This document shows positions 55,414 to 64,000 of a stretch of 64,000 bases of DNA, piece after piece. The DNA is from a virus. The position numbers and the translations under genes are program-made. The stretch covers positions 63,117 through 127,116 of IMG/VR virus record IMGVR_UViG_3300025151_008277. One strand, written 5' to 3'. Each line of letters opens with the position of its first letter. Within the stretch, counting starts at the first letter, position 1. The notes under the pieces were generated by a model that saw only the letters and a list, made by a program, of their open reading frames with translations, ran no database searches and had not been told where the DNA came from.

Positions 55414-56202
55414 ATGAAATTCGCTAAATTTTTTGAAGGCAGAACTTACTACAATGATACTTTACATCCTAGTTTTTGGGATGCAGAAGTGTTTGATGAA
55501 CCCATTCGAACAGCAATTCTCAAAATTGTAGAAGACTTCTTAAAAGAAGACGAGCATGTTGAAGATGATATTATTGATGATATTCAATTAACAGGTTCAT
55601 TAGCGAATTATAATTACTCTGAAAAGTCAGACTTAGATGTACATATACTTCTTGACTTTGCTAAAATTAATCAGCAAGAAGATTTAGTTAAAAGAGCTTT
55701 AGATGGTAAGAGATTTATTTGGAATCTAAAGCATGATATTAAATTAAACGGTCATGAAGTAGAATTATATTTTCAAGACATTCACGAACCACATACTGCA
55801 TCAGGTTTGTTTAGTCTACAAGATAATAAGTGGATTAAAAAACCTGTATATGATAAACCTGAAGTAGATCATAGAGATGTAGTACGTAAAGCAGAAGAAT
55901 ACAAAAAAGAAATCAGAACTTTAGAACAAATAGTCTCAGAACTTAGTGACGAAAAAGAGTTAAGCTTAGTAAATAAACGTGCTAAAAAGATCAAAGATCG
56001 TATTATGACTATGCGTAAAGAAGGATTATCTTCCAAAGGAGAGTTTTCTGTTGAGAATTTAGCTTTTAAGAACTTAAGAGACAGTGAATACATTACTAAG
56101 CTAAATGATATTATTATTAATTCTTACGATCATATGTTTAATAAAGAAATTCTTGGCGAGAAGGACTTAAGTTCTTGGTTAAAAGAAAGATGGTACGCAT
56201 GA
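55414..56202 (+). CDS. Pol-beta-superfamily nucleotidyltransferase
   Basis: LTGSLANYNYSEKSDLDVH (GS..DxD), VELY, GEFSVENLAFK. Confidence 0.82.
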   Translation: MKFAKFFEGRTYYNDTLHPSFWDAEVFDEPIRTAILKIVEDFLKEDEHVEDDIIDDIQLTGSLANYNYSEKSDLDVHILLDFAKINQQEDLVKRALDGKRFIWNLKHDIKLNGHEVELYFQDIHEPHTASGLFSLQDNKWIKKPVYDKPEVDHRDVVRKAEEYKKEIRTLEQIVSELSDEKELSLVNKRAKKIKDRIMTMRKEGLSSKGEFSVENLAFKNLRDSEYITKLNDIIINSYDHMFNKEILGEKDLSSWLKERWYA

Positions 56203-57290
56203 GAACATTTAAAGAATTTTTTAGAGAGGCATTTACAGTATTCCCTAAATCATCGAACGAAATATCTGATGAGAATGTTAAACAGTTATTCGATATTATA
56301 AAAGCTTTTCCTGGTCTTGCCGTAGAAGATCCTATAGCAATGCAACCAGATAGTTTTAAAAAAATAAAAATAACACGAGCTCTTCAAAAAGATAGTAATT
56401 TCATATCTTACTTGTCTGATAAGTTAGGAAAACAAATAAACCCTTTTGTAGCTACTACATGGAACGGTGTTAAGATCGAATTCGGCGAAGGGAGTCGAGG
56501 AGGTCGAGGCGTTGAATCTAAAGGATTATCATTTGAATCTGAGTTAGAAAATGACTTAAACAATTATAATAATGGATCTAAAGAATTCAAACATGCTGAG
56601 TTAGTTGATTCAATTATTAGAGAGTTTGATTTAGAACCTGGTAACTTCGAAGTTATACCTGAAGGAGGTATGAACAAACCTCGACCATTAAAATTTAGTG
56701 AAGCTGGTCCTTATATTGATTTTTCTGATGATACTATCGCAGCGACTTTAACTGACCTTACTTTAGATAAGCAAGGAGAAAAAATTTATCTTTCGTTAAA
56801 GCATGGTGGTACAGTTGCATTTTTTAATTCCGGTATTGCAAGAGTTTTACCTGCAAGTGATATAAAAGATGGTAAGATACAAAATGATTACGGCGAAGCA
56901 TTACTTGATACATTTGGTATTGATAATGAGTTATTTTGCAGAGTATTTAATGAGTATGGGGAAACTAATTTTTCTGAATACAATAAACAAGTAACTGATT
57001 ACGATAAAGATAAATTATTTAACTTATTATCTTCAGGAATAGGAGATGGTTACTATATGGTTCATCAGTTAGGTAAAAAGTTTAAGTTTACTAACATTGA
57101 TGAAAATTATAATAAATCAGCTTCGAACGTAACTACTCCTTTATCTGTATTTTATGGTGGAGCAAAAGGTAACGGTAAACGAATTGATGTTGTCTTTGAA
57201 TCTGATGTTTATAAGTTCAATCTTAATATAAGAAATAAACAAGGAGGGCTTTACCCATCTCACATAGTGTGTGGTTACAAAGCTAAGTAA
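56199..57290 (+). CDS. Putative PD-(D/E)XK nuclease
   Basis: GLSFE helix, TD...IYLSLK; start moved to the ATGA-coupled ATG at 56199. Confidence 0.55.
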   Translation: MRTFKEFFREAFTVFPKSSNEISDENVKQLFDIIKAFPGLAVEDPIAMQPDSFKKIKITRALQKDSNFISYLSDKLGKQINPFVATTWNGVKIEFGEGSRGGRGVESKGLSFESELENDLNNYNNGSKEFKHAELVDSIIREFDLEPGNFEVIPEGGMNKPRPLKFSEAGPYIDFSDDTIAATLTDLTLDKQGEKIYLSLKHGGTVAFFNSGIARVLPASDIKDGKIQNDYGEALLDTFGIDNELFCRVFNEYGETNFSEYNKQVTDYDKDKLFNLLSSGIGDGYYMVHQLGKKFKFTNIDENYNKSASNVTTPLSVFYGGAKGNGKRIDVVFESDVYKFNLNIRNKQGGLYPSHIVCGYKAK

Positions 57291-57671
57291 TTACCACATT
57301 CTACAAGACCAATAACGAGCTTTAGTCTTAGGTCCAGGGTTATCACAATTATGTCTCGCTCTAAAAGATTTACGTCGCGCAGGATTAGATTTCTTAATTC
57401 TCATCGTCTTCTCACCTTTCTTCCTCGCACTACTCCCGCCGTGGCCGAAGTTAACCTTCTTAACGTTCCCGGTCTTAGGGTCCTTGACGTAAACTTTAAA
57501 TTTCTTGACGTCGCCACGCATGACTTTATTTAACTTAACTTTACGTCCTCTATACTCTGCTTCCTCGAAAACATCCTCATCAACAATCTCAAATTTTAAC
57601 GTACCGATGTATCCTTCCTTTTCGTAAACAGGAATAGTAATATTTTCGTAGAAGTCTTTAAAGCTCAGCAT
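57291..57671 (-). CDS. Basic conserved phage protein
   Basis: KKFKVYVK..GNVKKVNFG, RRKSFRARHNC, ARYWSC; TATAAATA-N5-ATG. Confidence 0.7.
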   Translation of the reverse strand: MLSFKDFYENITIPVYEKEGYIGTLKFEIVDEDVFEEAEYRGRKVKLNKVMRGDVKKFKVYVKDPKTGNVKKVNFGHGGSSARKKGEKTMRIKKSNPARRKSFRARHNCDNPGPKTKARYWSCRMW

Positions 57672-57685
57672 ATAATTATTTATAC

Positions 57686-57895
57686 ATGAATAATATATTT
57701 TATGATATTTACATTATGGGTTTCCGAGTTCGGATTGTACCCTATAAAATTGTTATTTATGATGACTATTCCAAAATTAAAGGAAATAGAATACCAGACA
57801 AAATAGTTGAATATTGCTACAATGAAGGGTTTGCTGATACTTGGCCAATTTCAGGACAGCCAATTAAAGTAGAGATAATGAGAATCAAGAAATAA
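57686..57895 (+). CDS. Hypothetical protein
   Basis: 69 aa ORF. Confidence 0.5.
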   Translation: MNNIFYDIYIMGFRVRIVPYKIVIYDDYSKIKGNRIPDKIVEYCYNEGFADTWPISGQPIKVEIMRIKK

Positions 57896-57905
57896 ATAAT
57901 AATAT

Positions 57906-59153
57906 ATGATACTTTTCGAGAAATATTTTGAGCTTTATGAAGATGCAGGTCCTAACAAGCATCTTACTCACTTAGAAGAACTTGTTCTTACTAACAAGAG
58001 AGAAGGAGCGCAAAGAGCTCTTAAGTATCTATCTACCATGACTGAAGTATTAGATAGTGATACTAAGAAAGCAGTCAATACCACAGTTAAATATGATGGA
58101 GCTCCAGCTGTAGTTGTAGGTAAAGATCCCAACGGTAAGTTTTTCGTAGGTAGTAAATCAGTCTTCAACGCTGAGCCAAAGCTGAATTACAGTGTCAAAG
58201 ATATTAAAGTTAATCATTCAGCTGCTCCAGGACTTATTGATAAATTAGTACAAACATTTGTTCATTTTAAAGATGCGAACATCAATGGAGTATATCAAGG
58301 TGACTTCTTATTTGATAACGAGATCAAAGAAATTACGACTATTGATGGAGAAGAGCATGTTACATTTAAACCTAATACTATCTTGTATGCTGTACCAGCA
58401 AATACAGAAGAAGGCCAAGATATAATTAATTCCAATATCGGGGTTGTCTTTCACACTGAATATGACGCACAAGTAGATGCAGAAGGTAAGATAAGATTTA
58501 CTACTAAGAAGTTTGGAGTAGATGTTACAAGTCTTGATCCAGGACCTAAAGTATATGTTAAAGATGCTTATTTTGAAAATGATGCTGGATTTGTAACTCT
58601 TACTGATGAAGAAACATCAGTTATAAAAGATGTTATTAATTCTTCTGTAGCTCTCATTGATGAGATTAATTTCGAAAGTATAGATGATAATATCTATACA
58701 GGTCTCAATACATACATTAATACTGAGATTAGACAAGGAGAGTTCCTTAAAGATACTGATGTATCTATGCAGCAATTTATTGAATGGATTACTGGTAGAT
58801 TAGATCGTAAAATCGAAAGTCTTAAAAGTGAGGCTGGTAAACAAAAAGCTCAAGCACTAAAAGAGAGAATGCTAGGGTTAATTGAAGCAGGTAAAAACGA
58901 TATTATTAAAATTTTACAACTACAAAACTTTATCAAACAAGGTAAAGATATCTTTATACAAAAGTATAATAATATTATGCGAGGTGTGAACATGAAACAT
59001 TATCTATTTGAACCTAATGGTGATTTGGTAGTTACTGATCCTGAAGGATATGTTGCTGTAGATGTAACAGGTAATGCAATTAAATTTGTTGATAGATTAG
59101 AGTTCAGCCGCGCGAACTTCTCTTTAGGTACAGATCAAAAGTTCAAGAAATAG
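57906..59153 (+). CDS. DUF6267-like protein with ATP-dependent-ligase-like motifs
   Basis: HLTHLEE, TVKYDGAPA (KxDG), QGDFLF, EGYV, KFVDRLEFSRANF. Confidence 0.7.
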   Translation: MILFEKYFELYEDAGPNKHLTHLEELVLTNKREGAQRALKYLSTMTEVLDSDTKKAVNTTVKYDGAPAVVVGKDPNGKFFVGSKSVFNAEPKLNYSVKDIKVNHSAAPGLIDKLVQTFVHFKDANINGVYQGDFLFDNEIKEITTIDGEEHVTFKPNTILYAVPANTEEGQDIINSNIGVVFHTEYDAQVDAEGKIRFTTKKFGVDVTSLDPGPKVYVKDAYFENDAGFVTLTDEETSVIKDVINSSVALIDEINFESIDDNIYTGLNTYINTEIRQGEFLKDTDVSMQQFIEWITGRLDRKIESLKSEAGKQKAQALKERMLGLIEAGKNDIIKILQLQNFIKQGKDIFIQKYNNIMRGVNMKHYLFEPNGDLVVTDPEGYVAVDVTGNAIKFVDRLEFSRANFSLGTDQKFKK

Positions 59154-59189
59154 TTGTTTCTTAATTAGCCGTTGTAAATATTTTTACTA

Positions 59190-59375
59190 ATGGCTAACAA
59201 AAAACCTAAGAAAAAATACTCTTTATATCGTCAAGGTGTGAATGACGCTATTAATGTAGTCACTAGTACTATGTTAAATGATATTTTTTCCAATGACCCG
59301 TATGCTCGCAAAGAGGATATAGAAGAGAAAGTACTCTATATTCAAGAAAAAGTAAAGGAGTTAATTAATGATTAA
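59190..59375 (+). CDS. Hypothetical protein
   Basis: 61 aa after TAAATA-N9. Confidence 0.5.
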   Translation: MANKKPKKKYSLYRQGVNDAINVVTSTMLNDIFSNDPYARKEDIEEKVLYIQEKVKELIND

Positions 59376-59952
59376 CTTTATTTTTTGTTTTTATGATTTA
59401 GGTTATAGTCCTCAGTTTTTAAAGTCATGGGTTAATCTATGTAACTTTTTAAATAAGAAAAAGGTTAAATATCTAATCACGCAAGGTGATAGCTGTAATG
59501 CCTTTTATGCTAAGCAAATGTGCTTAGGTGGATCAGTTCTAGCTGGTTCTAAGCAAAAACCATTCCAAGGAAGAACTAAATATTCTACTTTAGTATTTTT
59601 AAGTAATAACATTATTTTTACTGTAGAAGATTTTGTTAAGTTAGTTAATAGATTTAATAAATTAAACTTACCTACTTTATCTGCTAACGTAGAAGGTCGT
59701 AATAAGCTTATAGGAGAGTATCATAATAATATAGCTTTAGCAGAAAGAGTGGAGTTTGATATGACCTTAATTCGTACAGGTATTATTGAAAAACTTTCTT
59801 ACCCATGGTTTAAGCCTCACATTCCAGAAGACAATATAGATAGAGAATTTGTTGATGTTGAGATATGTAGGCGTATAAGAGAAGAAGCAATGACTGATTT
59901 GTATATATCTAATGAAGTTAATTTGAAAAAGAGAAAGGCTGGCTATGAATAA
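59368..59952 (+). CDS. Degenerate GT-A-like paralogue of the downstream gene
   Basis: Aligns by eye with 59945..60598 but has LSNN where that gene has IDDD. Confidence 0.6.
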   Translation: MINFIFCFYDLGYSPQFLKSWVNLCNFLNKKKVKYLITQGDSCNAFYAKQMCLGGSVLAGSKQKPFQGRTKYSTLVFLSNNIIFTVEDFVKLVNRFNKLNLPTLSANVEGRNKLIGEYHNNIALAERVEFDMTLIRTGIIEKLSYPWFKPHIPEDNIDREFVDVEICRRIREEAMTDLYISNEVNLKKRKAGYE

Positions 59953-60598
59953 AATAATGATATGCTGTCCTGGTAATAATTTTAGTACTAGATTTGTAAG
60001 CTCTATAACCAAATTACTTTTACATCTTGATAACAAAAATATAGAATATAAATTTTGTACTACATTTTCTCGTAATATATATGAAACAAGAAATAAATGT
60101 TTGTTAGGTAATCCATCTGGTGAAAAAGATCAGCTACCATTTAATGGAGAAGAATACTCTCATATACTATGGATTGATGATGATATTAATTTTACTACAG
60201 ATGATTTTGATTTATTATACGATTCTAATAAAGATGTAATATCAGGTTTTTATATTATGGCAGATGGTAAGCAATATGCTGCTGTTAAGATATGGGATGA
60301 ACAATTCTTTTCTAAGAATGGTTATTTCCAGTTTATGACACCGGATGATATTAAAGACGGTAAAAATCCTACAAGAGTAGAATATATTGGCTTTGGCTTC
60401 TTATTAATTAAAAGCGGTGTTTTTGAGCAAATAGATTATCCATGGTTCGAACCTACATATTTACAAATTAATGATGCAGAGGATTTTTCTATGGAAGATG
60501 TTACTTTTTGTTTAAAATGTAAGGATAAAGGTATACCAGTTTTCGCTCACCCTAAAGTTATAGTAGGTCACAATAAAGTAATGGAATTGAAAGCATAA
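59945..60598 (+). CDS. GT-A fold glycosyltransferase
   Basis: TRNKCL, LWIDDD, GFGFLLIK.GVFE, YPWF, EDVTFC, VGH. Confidence 0.78.
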   Translation: MNKIMICCPGNNFSTRFVSSITKLLLHLDNKNIEYKFCTTFSRNIYETRNKCLLGNPSGEKDQLPFNGEEYSHILWIDDDINFTTDDFDLLYDSNKDVISGFYIMADGKQYAAVKIWDEQFFSKNGYFQFMTPDDIKDGKNPTRVEYIGFGFLLIKSGVFEQIDYPWFEPTYLQINDAEDFSMEDVTFCLKCKDKGIPVFAHPKVIVGHNKVMELKA

Positions 60599-60936
60599 TG
60601 CATGAATTCTGGGATGATTTAATAGAACGTAAGTATTCTAATAGATCTAGCTTCTTCGATTTACATATAACTCAATTAACTAAGTTTAAATCAGGAGATT
60701 ATAATCAATACTTTGGTTACTGTGCTGATGATATTAACATGGTAAACGTGTGTTATTATAAGAATGATCACGGTAAATTTATAGGAATCGGAAAAGGAGA
60801 GACTGAATATCAAGCAGAAGATATGCATAAAATACACTTGCATATGGAATCTGAGTTAAATGATGATATTATATTAAAAATATTATGTAATCATTATAAA
60901 TGGAAAATTGATAATTTTTTCGACTTATGTGAGTAG
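60598..60936 (+). CDS. Hypothetical protein
   Basis: 112 aa, TAATG-coupled. Confidence 0.55.
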   Translation: MHEFWDDLIERKYSNRSSFFDLHITQLTKFKSGDYNQYFGYCADDINMVNVCYYKNDHGKFIGIGKGETEYQAEDMHKIHLHMESELNDDIILKILCNHYKWKIDNFFDLCE

Positions 60937-60956
60937 CCGGAAATAAATATTAATAT

Positions 60957-63323
60957 ATGGCCATTTGCAATAAAGATTTCAGAGTAAAACATGGTCTCTA
61001 CGTAGGTACAGATATAGATGCATCCCGTGGGGCCTTGTCCGCTTTATCAGTTAACGTAGGAGGCGGCTACGGTGATACAGGTTTAACTGTAACAGCTACT
61101 GGCAATTTAAGCGCTAACGGTGGTGGTGTTTTTGATGGTAATTTTATCGCAGAAACTGTTTCAGCTGTAACTTTATCTGGGGATGGTAGAGATTTAGTAA
61201 CTAACGCGACAGTAACATTAGCAGGTGATGTTAGTGGTTCTGTAGCAGTTAGTAGTTTAAACGGTACCAAGACCATTAACACGACTATTAGTGATGATAG
61301 TGTTACTTTAGGACAGCAAACCGCTGGTGATTATGTTAAATCTTTCGCTCTAAATACTACGGTTCCTACTATAACAGGTACTGTTGGTACAGGTGAAGGA
61401 GCAACAATTACTGGTATTGGTCTTTCCGCTTCAGGTGTGACATCAGGTATATACGGCTCTACTAGTCAAATACCCTCTCTTACAATTTTAGAAGACGGCC
61501 GTGTAAGTAATGTTGATTTATGTACTATATCTACTACTTTGAGTATATCAGGCTCTAGTGGTACTGGTTCTATAGCTCTCGCTACTCAAGGTTTAGGTGT
61601 AGTAGGAACAGCTAACGAAATTGAAACAGCCGCTTCAGGTAATGCTATTACTGTTGGTTTACCGAATGATGTTACTGTTAGCAATGATTTAACAGTTAGT
61701 AATGATGTATGTGTTTCTAACAATATACAAACTGGTGGTAATGTTGTTGTTACAGGTAATTTAACTGTTAACGGTACAACGGTAACTCAAGACGTAACAA
61801 CAGTATTAGTTGAAGACCCGGTAATAAAACTAGCAAATGGCAATAGTGCCGATAATAAAGATATTGGTTTTTATGGGGAATATGTTGATAGTGGTACTAA
61901 ATATGCTGGTTTAATAAGAGATACATCATTTACTAGTACTAATCCATTTGTCTTCTTTGATGGCACAACAACAGATGTTTTATCTGCAAACGCATCAGGT
62001 ACTGGTAAACCTGCGGTAGCTAATTATGCTGACGTATATTCTGGTAGAATGGTTATCAATACTAGCGCTTATAATGCAAGTAATAGATTAACAGTGTCTG
62101 GTGCGATTAGCGGTGATAATAATATTACTATTGACGGAACAGCTAATTTTAAAGGTAATGTTACATTAGGAGATGCTAGTGGCGATACTCTTACAATTAA
62201 CGCTGAAACAATTAATCCAGCTAATATCGCTGCTGGTACAGACAATACGGTTGTAGTTTACAATGGTTCATCGTTAGTAACAGATGAAATCGATTCTAGA
62301 GTATGGGGAGCCACTTTAATTGATACTTCTAACGTTGCTGGTACTTCAAATCATATCGCATTCTTTACTGATACTAATGTTATAGGTTCAGAGAGCAGTG
62401 GTGAGTTATACTGGAATAGTACTAATAATCGTTTAGGTATTAATACTGCTACCCCAAATGAAGCTCTTACTGTTACAGGTAACGTAAGCGCTACTGGAAC
62501 AGTATATGCAGATGCTTTTACTTCAACAGTTGGCGGTGGTGAGATTGATTTTAATGATAATATAGCATTATCAGGCAGCTTATCCTTTTCTCCTTCAAGC
62601 GATATTTTAATACCTGACCATGAAGGTGCAGCATTAGAGATTAAAGAAGGTAGTAATTTATATCAAAGATTTGTTACTACTAATGGGTCCGAGGGAGTAG
62701 AAATTAGTAAGCAGTTAACATTAACTATGGTAGCTGGCACAACAGATTCCGTAGTTATTCAAGATTCCGGGGTAATTAAGAAGAGAGATATTGACTCAAG
62801 AGTCTGGGGAAGTACATTAGTCGACGGATCTGGTACTGATAATAGATTAACTAAATGGACTGAAACAGGGGATACTGTAGGAGATTCTATTGTAGCTGAT
62901 GATGGTACTGCTGTATGTGTAGGGGTTGGTTCCGCAACAGGTAGAACTAGGTTTTTACCAGGTCTTGCTGTAGGAAGATCAGTGGATTTTGGTAATGCCT
63001 CAACTGGTTATCACTCTGCAAGTGCTACAGTAAACGCGAGCGCATCAGGAGCTATTATGTCTATTCCAATTGCTCAGGTTCGATCAGCTAAAGTTATCGT
63101 ACAATCTGAAATATCTTCACAATATGAAGTAGCAGAGTTACTTGTTTTACATAACGGTACTGATACTTTCCAGACAGAATATGGTAGTATTACATCAGGT
63201 ACATCATTTGATGTATCTTATACTTCTCGAATTAATGGTTCTAATTTAGAAATTGTAGCAACTAATGCTGACGGATCAAACGCTGCTACAGTTACTGTAG
63301 CTACCCTACAGATGTTAACGTAA
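60957..63323 (+). CDS. Long tail fibre / structural fibre protein
   Basis: KDFRVKHGL N-term, GNLTVNGT, VEDPVI.L, RLGINTATP, C-terminal SAK...TEYG domain. Confidence 0.8.
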   Translation: MAICNKDFRVKHGLYVGTDIDASRGALSALSVNVGGGYGDTGLTVTATGNLSANGGGVFDGNFIAETVSAVTLSGDGRDLVTNATVTLAGDVSGSVAVSSLNGTKTINTTISDDSVTLGQQTAGDYVKSFALNTTVPTITGTVGTGEGATITGIGLSASGVTSGIYGSTSQIPSLTILEDGRVSNVDLCTISTTLSISGSSGTGSIALATQGLGVVGTANEIETAASGNAITVGLPNDVTVSNDLTVSNDVCVSNNIQTGGNVVVTGNLTVNGTTVTQDVTTVLVEDPVIKLANGNSADNKDIGFYGEYVDSGTKYAGLIRDTSFTSTNPFVFFDGTTTDVLSANASGTGKPAVANYADVYSGRMVINTSAYNASNRLTVSGAISGDNNITIDGTANFKGNVTLGDASGDTLTINAETINPANIAAGTDNTVVVYNGSSLVTDEIDSRVWGATLIDTSNVAGTSNHIAFFTDTNVIGSESSGELYWNSTNNRLGINTATPNEALTVTGNVSATGTVYADAFTSTVGGGEIDFNDNIALSGSLSFSPSSDILIPDHEGAALEIKEGSNLYQRFVTTNGSEGVEISKQLTLTMVAGTTDSVVIQDSGVIKKRDIDSRVWGSTLVDGSGTDNRLTKWTETGDTVGDSIVADDGTAVCVGVGSATGRTRFLPGLAVGRSVDFGNASTGYHSASATVNASASGAIMSIPIAQVRSAKVIVQSEISSQYEVAELLVLHNGTDTFQTEYGSITSGTSFDVSYTSRINGSNLEIVATNADGSNAATVTVATLQMLT
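62232..62826 (+). repeat. Internal protein-level duplication in the fibre
   Basis: AGTDNTVVV...IDSRVWGATLID (~62232-62325) and AGTTDSVVI...IDSRVWGSTLVD (~62733-62826). Confidence 0.7.
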
Positions 63324-63347
63324 ATTATAACAAAAACAATTGTTTTT

Positions 63348-63374
63348 AAGGCCTGGGCAACCAGGCCTTTTTTT
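63348..63374 (+). terminator. Intrinsic terminator
   Basis: AAGGCCTGG-GCAA-CCAGGCCTT followed by a T-tract. Confidence 0.9.
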
Positions 63375-63381
63375 ATAAATA
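63374..63381 (+). promoter_or_regulatory. T4-type late promoter
   Basis: Exact TATAAATA. Confidence 0.7.
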
Positions 63382-63407
63382 ATCATATAAGTGGAAAGTG
63401 AAACTTA

Positions 63408-64000
63408 ATGGCAACTAAGAATTTTTATGTACACGACGGTTTAAAAGTCAGAGGGAATTCGTTATTAAATGGGTCTACATATACAGACTCAGCCTCGGCT
63501 AAACTACATGTTAAAACAGCAGCTAATGGTGCTTCTGCTAACCTCTCCAGCGTCAATGGTTTAATCATTGAGAATAGTGGCTCAAGTAATTCTAACTACG
63601 CTCTCAAACTAGCTACAGGCGCAGGTAATATTTTAAATGTAACTAATTCTGGTCGTGTTGGTATAGGTGAGATAAGTCCCGATGTACAATTACATGTTAA
63701 AAGTGCATCAACTACATTTGCTCAAGTTAGAGTAGAAGCTGCAGCAGACGGTCATGATTCTAGCGTCGCGTATTCTCAAGCTGGTAGTATCAAAGGTATA
63801 TCTGGCTATGATGATTCAACTAATACTGTTGCTATTAAATATGGTACATTTGGTGGATCTGGTATTGATATAGATTCTTCTGGTTATGTTGGTATAGGTA
63901 GTACAGACCCTACTGCTAAACTTCACGTACAGGGTGATTCAGGTTTAAAAGTTCACGCAACGACTCCTACCTCTGATGCTCATTACATAAGATTAAGGCA
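63408..64000 (+). CDS. Second tail fibre, 5' part (runs off the window)
   Basis: MATKNFYVHDGLKV resembles the N-terminus of 60957; GRVGIG..SP..QLHV and GYVGIG.TDP.AKLHV repeats. Confidence 0.75.
   Translation, partial: MATKNFYVHDGLKVRGNSLLNGSTYTDSASAKLHVKTAANGASANLSSVNGLIIENSGSSNSNYALKLATGAGNILNVTNSGRVGIGEISPDVQLHVKSASTTFAQVRVEAAADGHDSSVAYSQAGSIKGISGYDDSTNTVAIKYGTFGGSGIDIDSSGYVGIGSTDPTAKLHVQGDSGLKVHATTPTSDAHYIRLR

Noticed and set aside
1922-56198. ORF-track start positions 1922, 4367, 19686, 30710, 36919, 44897, 47755, 54590, 56175
   Set aside because: Downstream starts fit promoter spacing, gene coupling and family N-termini better, so revised coordinates are given in features.
1226-61282. 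Short ORF-track entries overlapping long genes (e.g. 1226..1429, 3217..3399, 7807..8046, 22789..23055, 28632..28979, 31945..32232, 38265..38561, 44031..44321, 61067..61282)
   Set aside because: They are antisense or alternate-frame shadows of well-supported genes and have no recognisable motifs.
60957-64000. Diversity-generating retroelement or invertible fibre cassette
   Set aside because: The repeats are diverged protein-level duplications; I saw no reverse transcriptase, recombinase or near-identical DNA repeat.
1-64000. tRNA genes, CRISPR arrays, or stop-codon reassignment
   Set aside because: Intergenic gaps are short with no cloverleaf or spaced repeat seen by eye. Conserved genes are full length in the standard code and end in TAA, TGA or TAG. 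tRNAscan and CRISPR tools were not run.

Overview
This is a 64 kb segment of a large, AT-rich, densely coding T4-like myovirus genome; the host cannot be identified from the sequence. It has five main parts. (i) A 7-deazaguanine DNA-modification pathway split over two loci: folE2-queD-queE-kinase at 0.2-3.4 kb, and DpdA-like TGT-formyltransferase-kinase-queF at 33.2-36.1 kb. (ii) A ~16 kb sugar-biosynthesis and glycosyltransferase island (5.0-21.4 kb), whose core operon is cupin, nucleotidyltransferase-kinase, GmhA-like isomerase, split transketolase, SdhL-type shikimate-dehydrogenase-like enzyme and HAD phosphatase. (iii) A rearranged T4-like head module (gp15, gp20, gp13, gp4, gp21, gp22, gp23), plus a gp5-like spike and fibres. 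(iv) Metabolic and replication genes: phoH, thyX, gp62, GroES-like, DinG-like, PRTase, a ClpC-like ATPase with a degenerate first ring, and nrdAB. (v) A late-promoter cluster of putative capsid-packaged proteins, including a nucleotidyltransferase, a PD-(D/E)XK nuclease and a ligase-like protein. Sigma70-type and T4-late-type promoter boxes sit 5-7 nt before many start codons, which suggests widespread leaderless mRNAs. I saw no tRNA, rRNA or CRISPR array. All calls come from motif recognition by eye; no searches were run.
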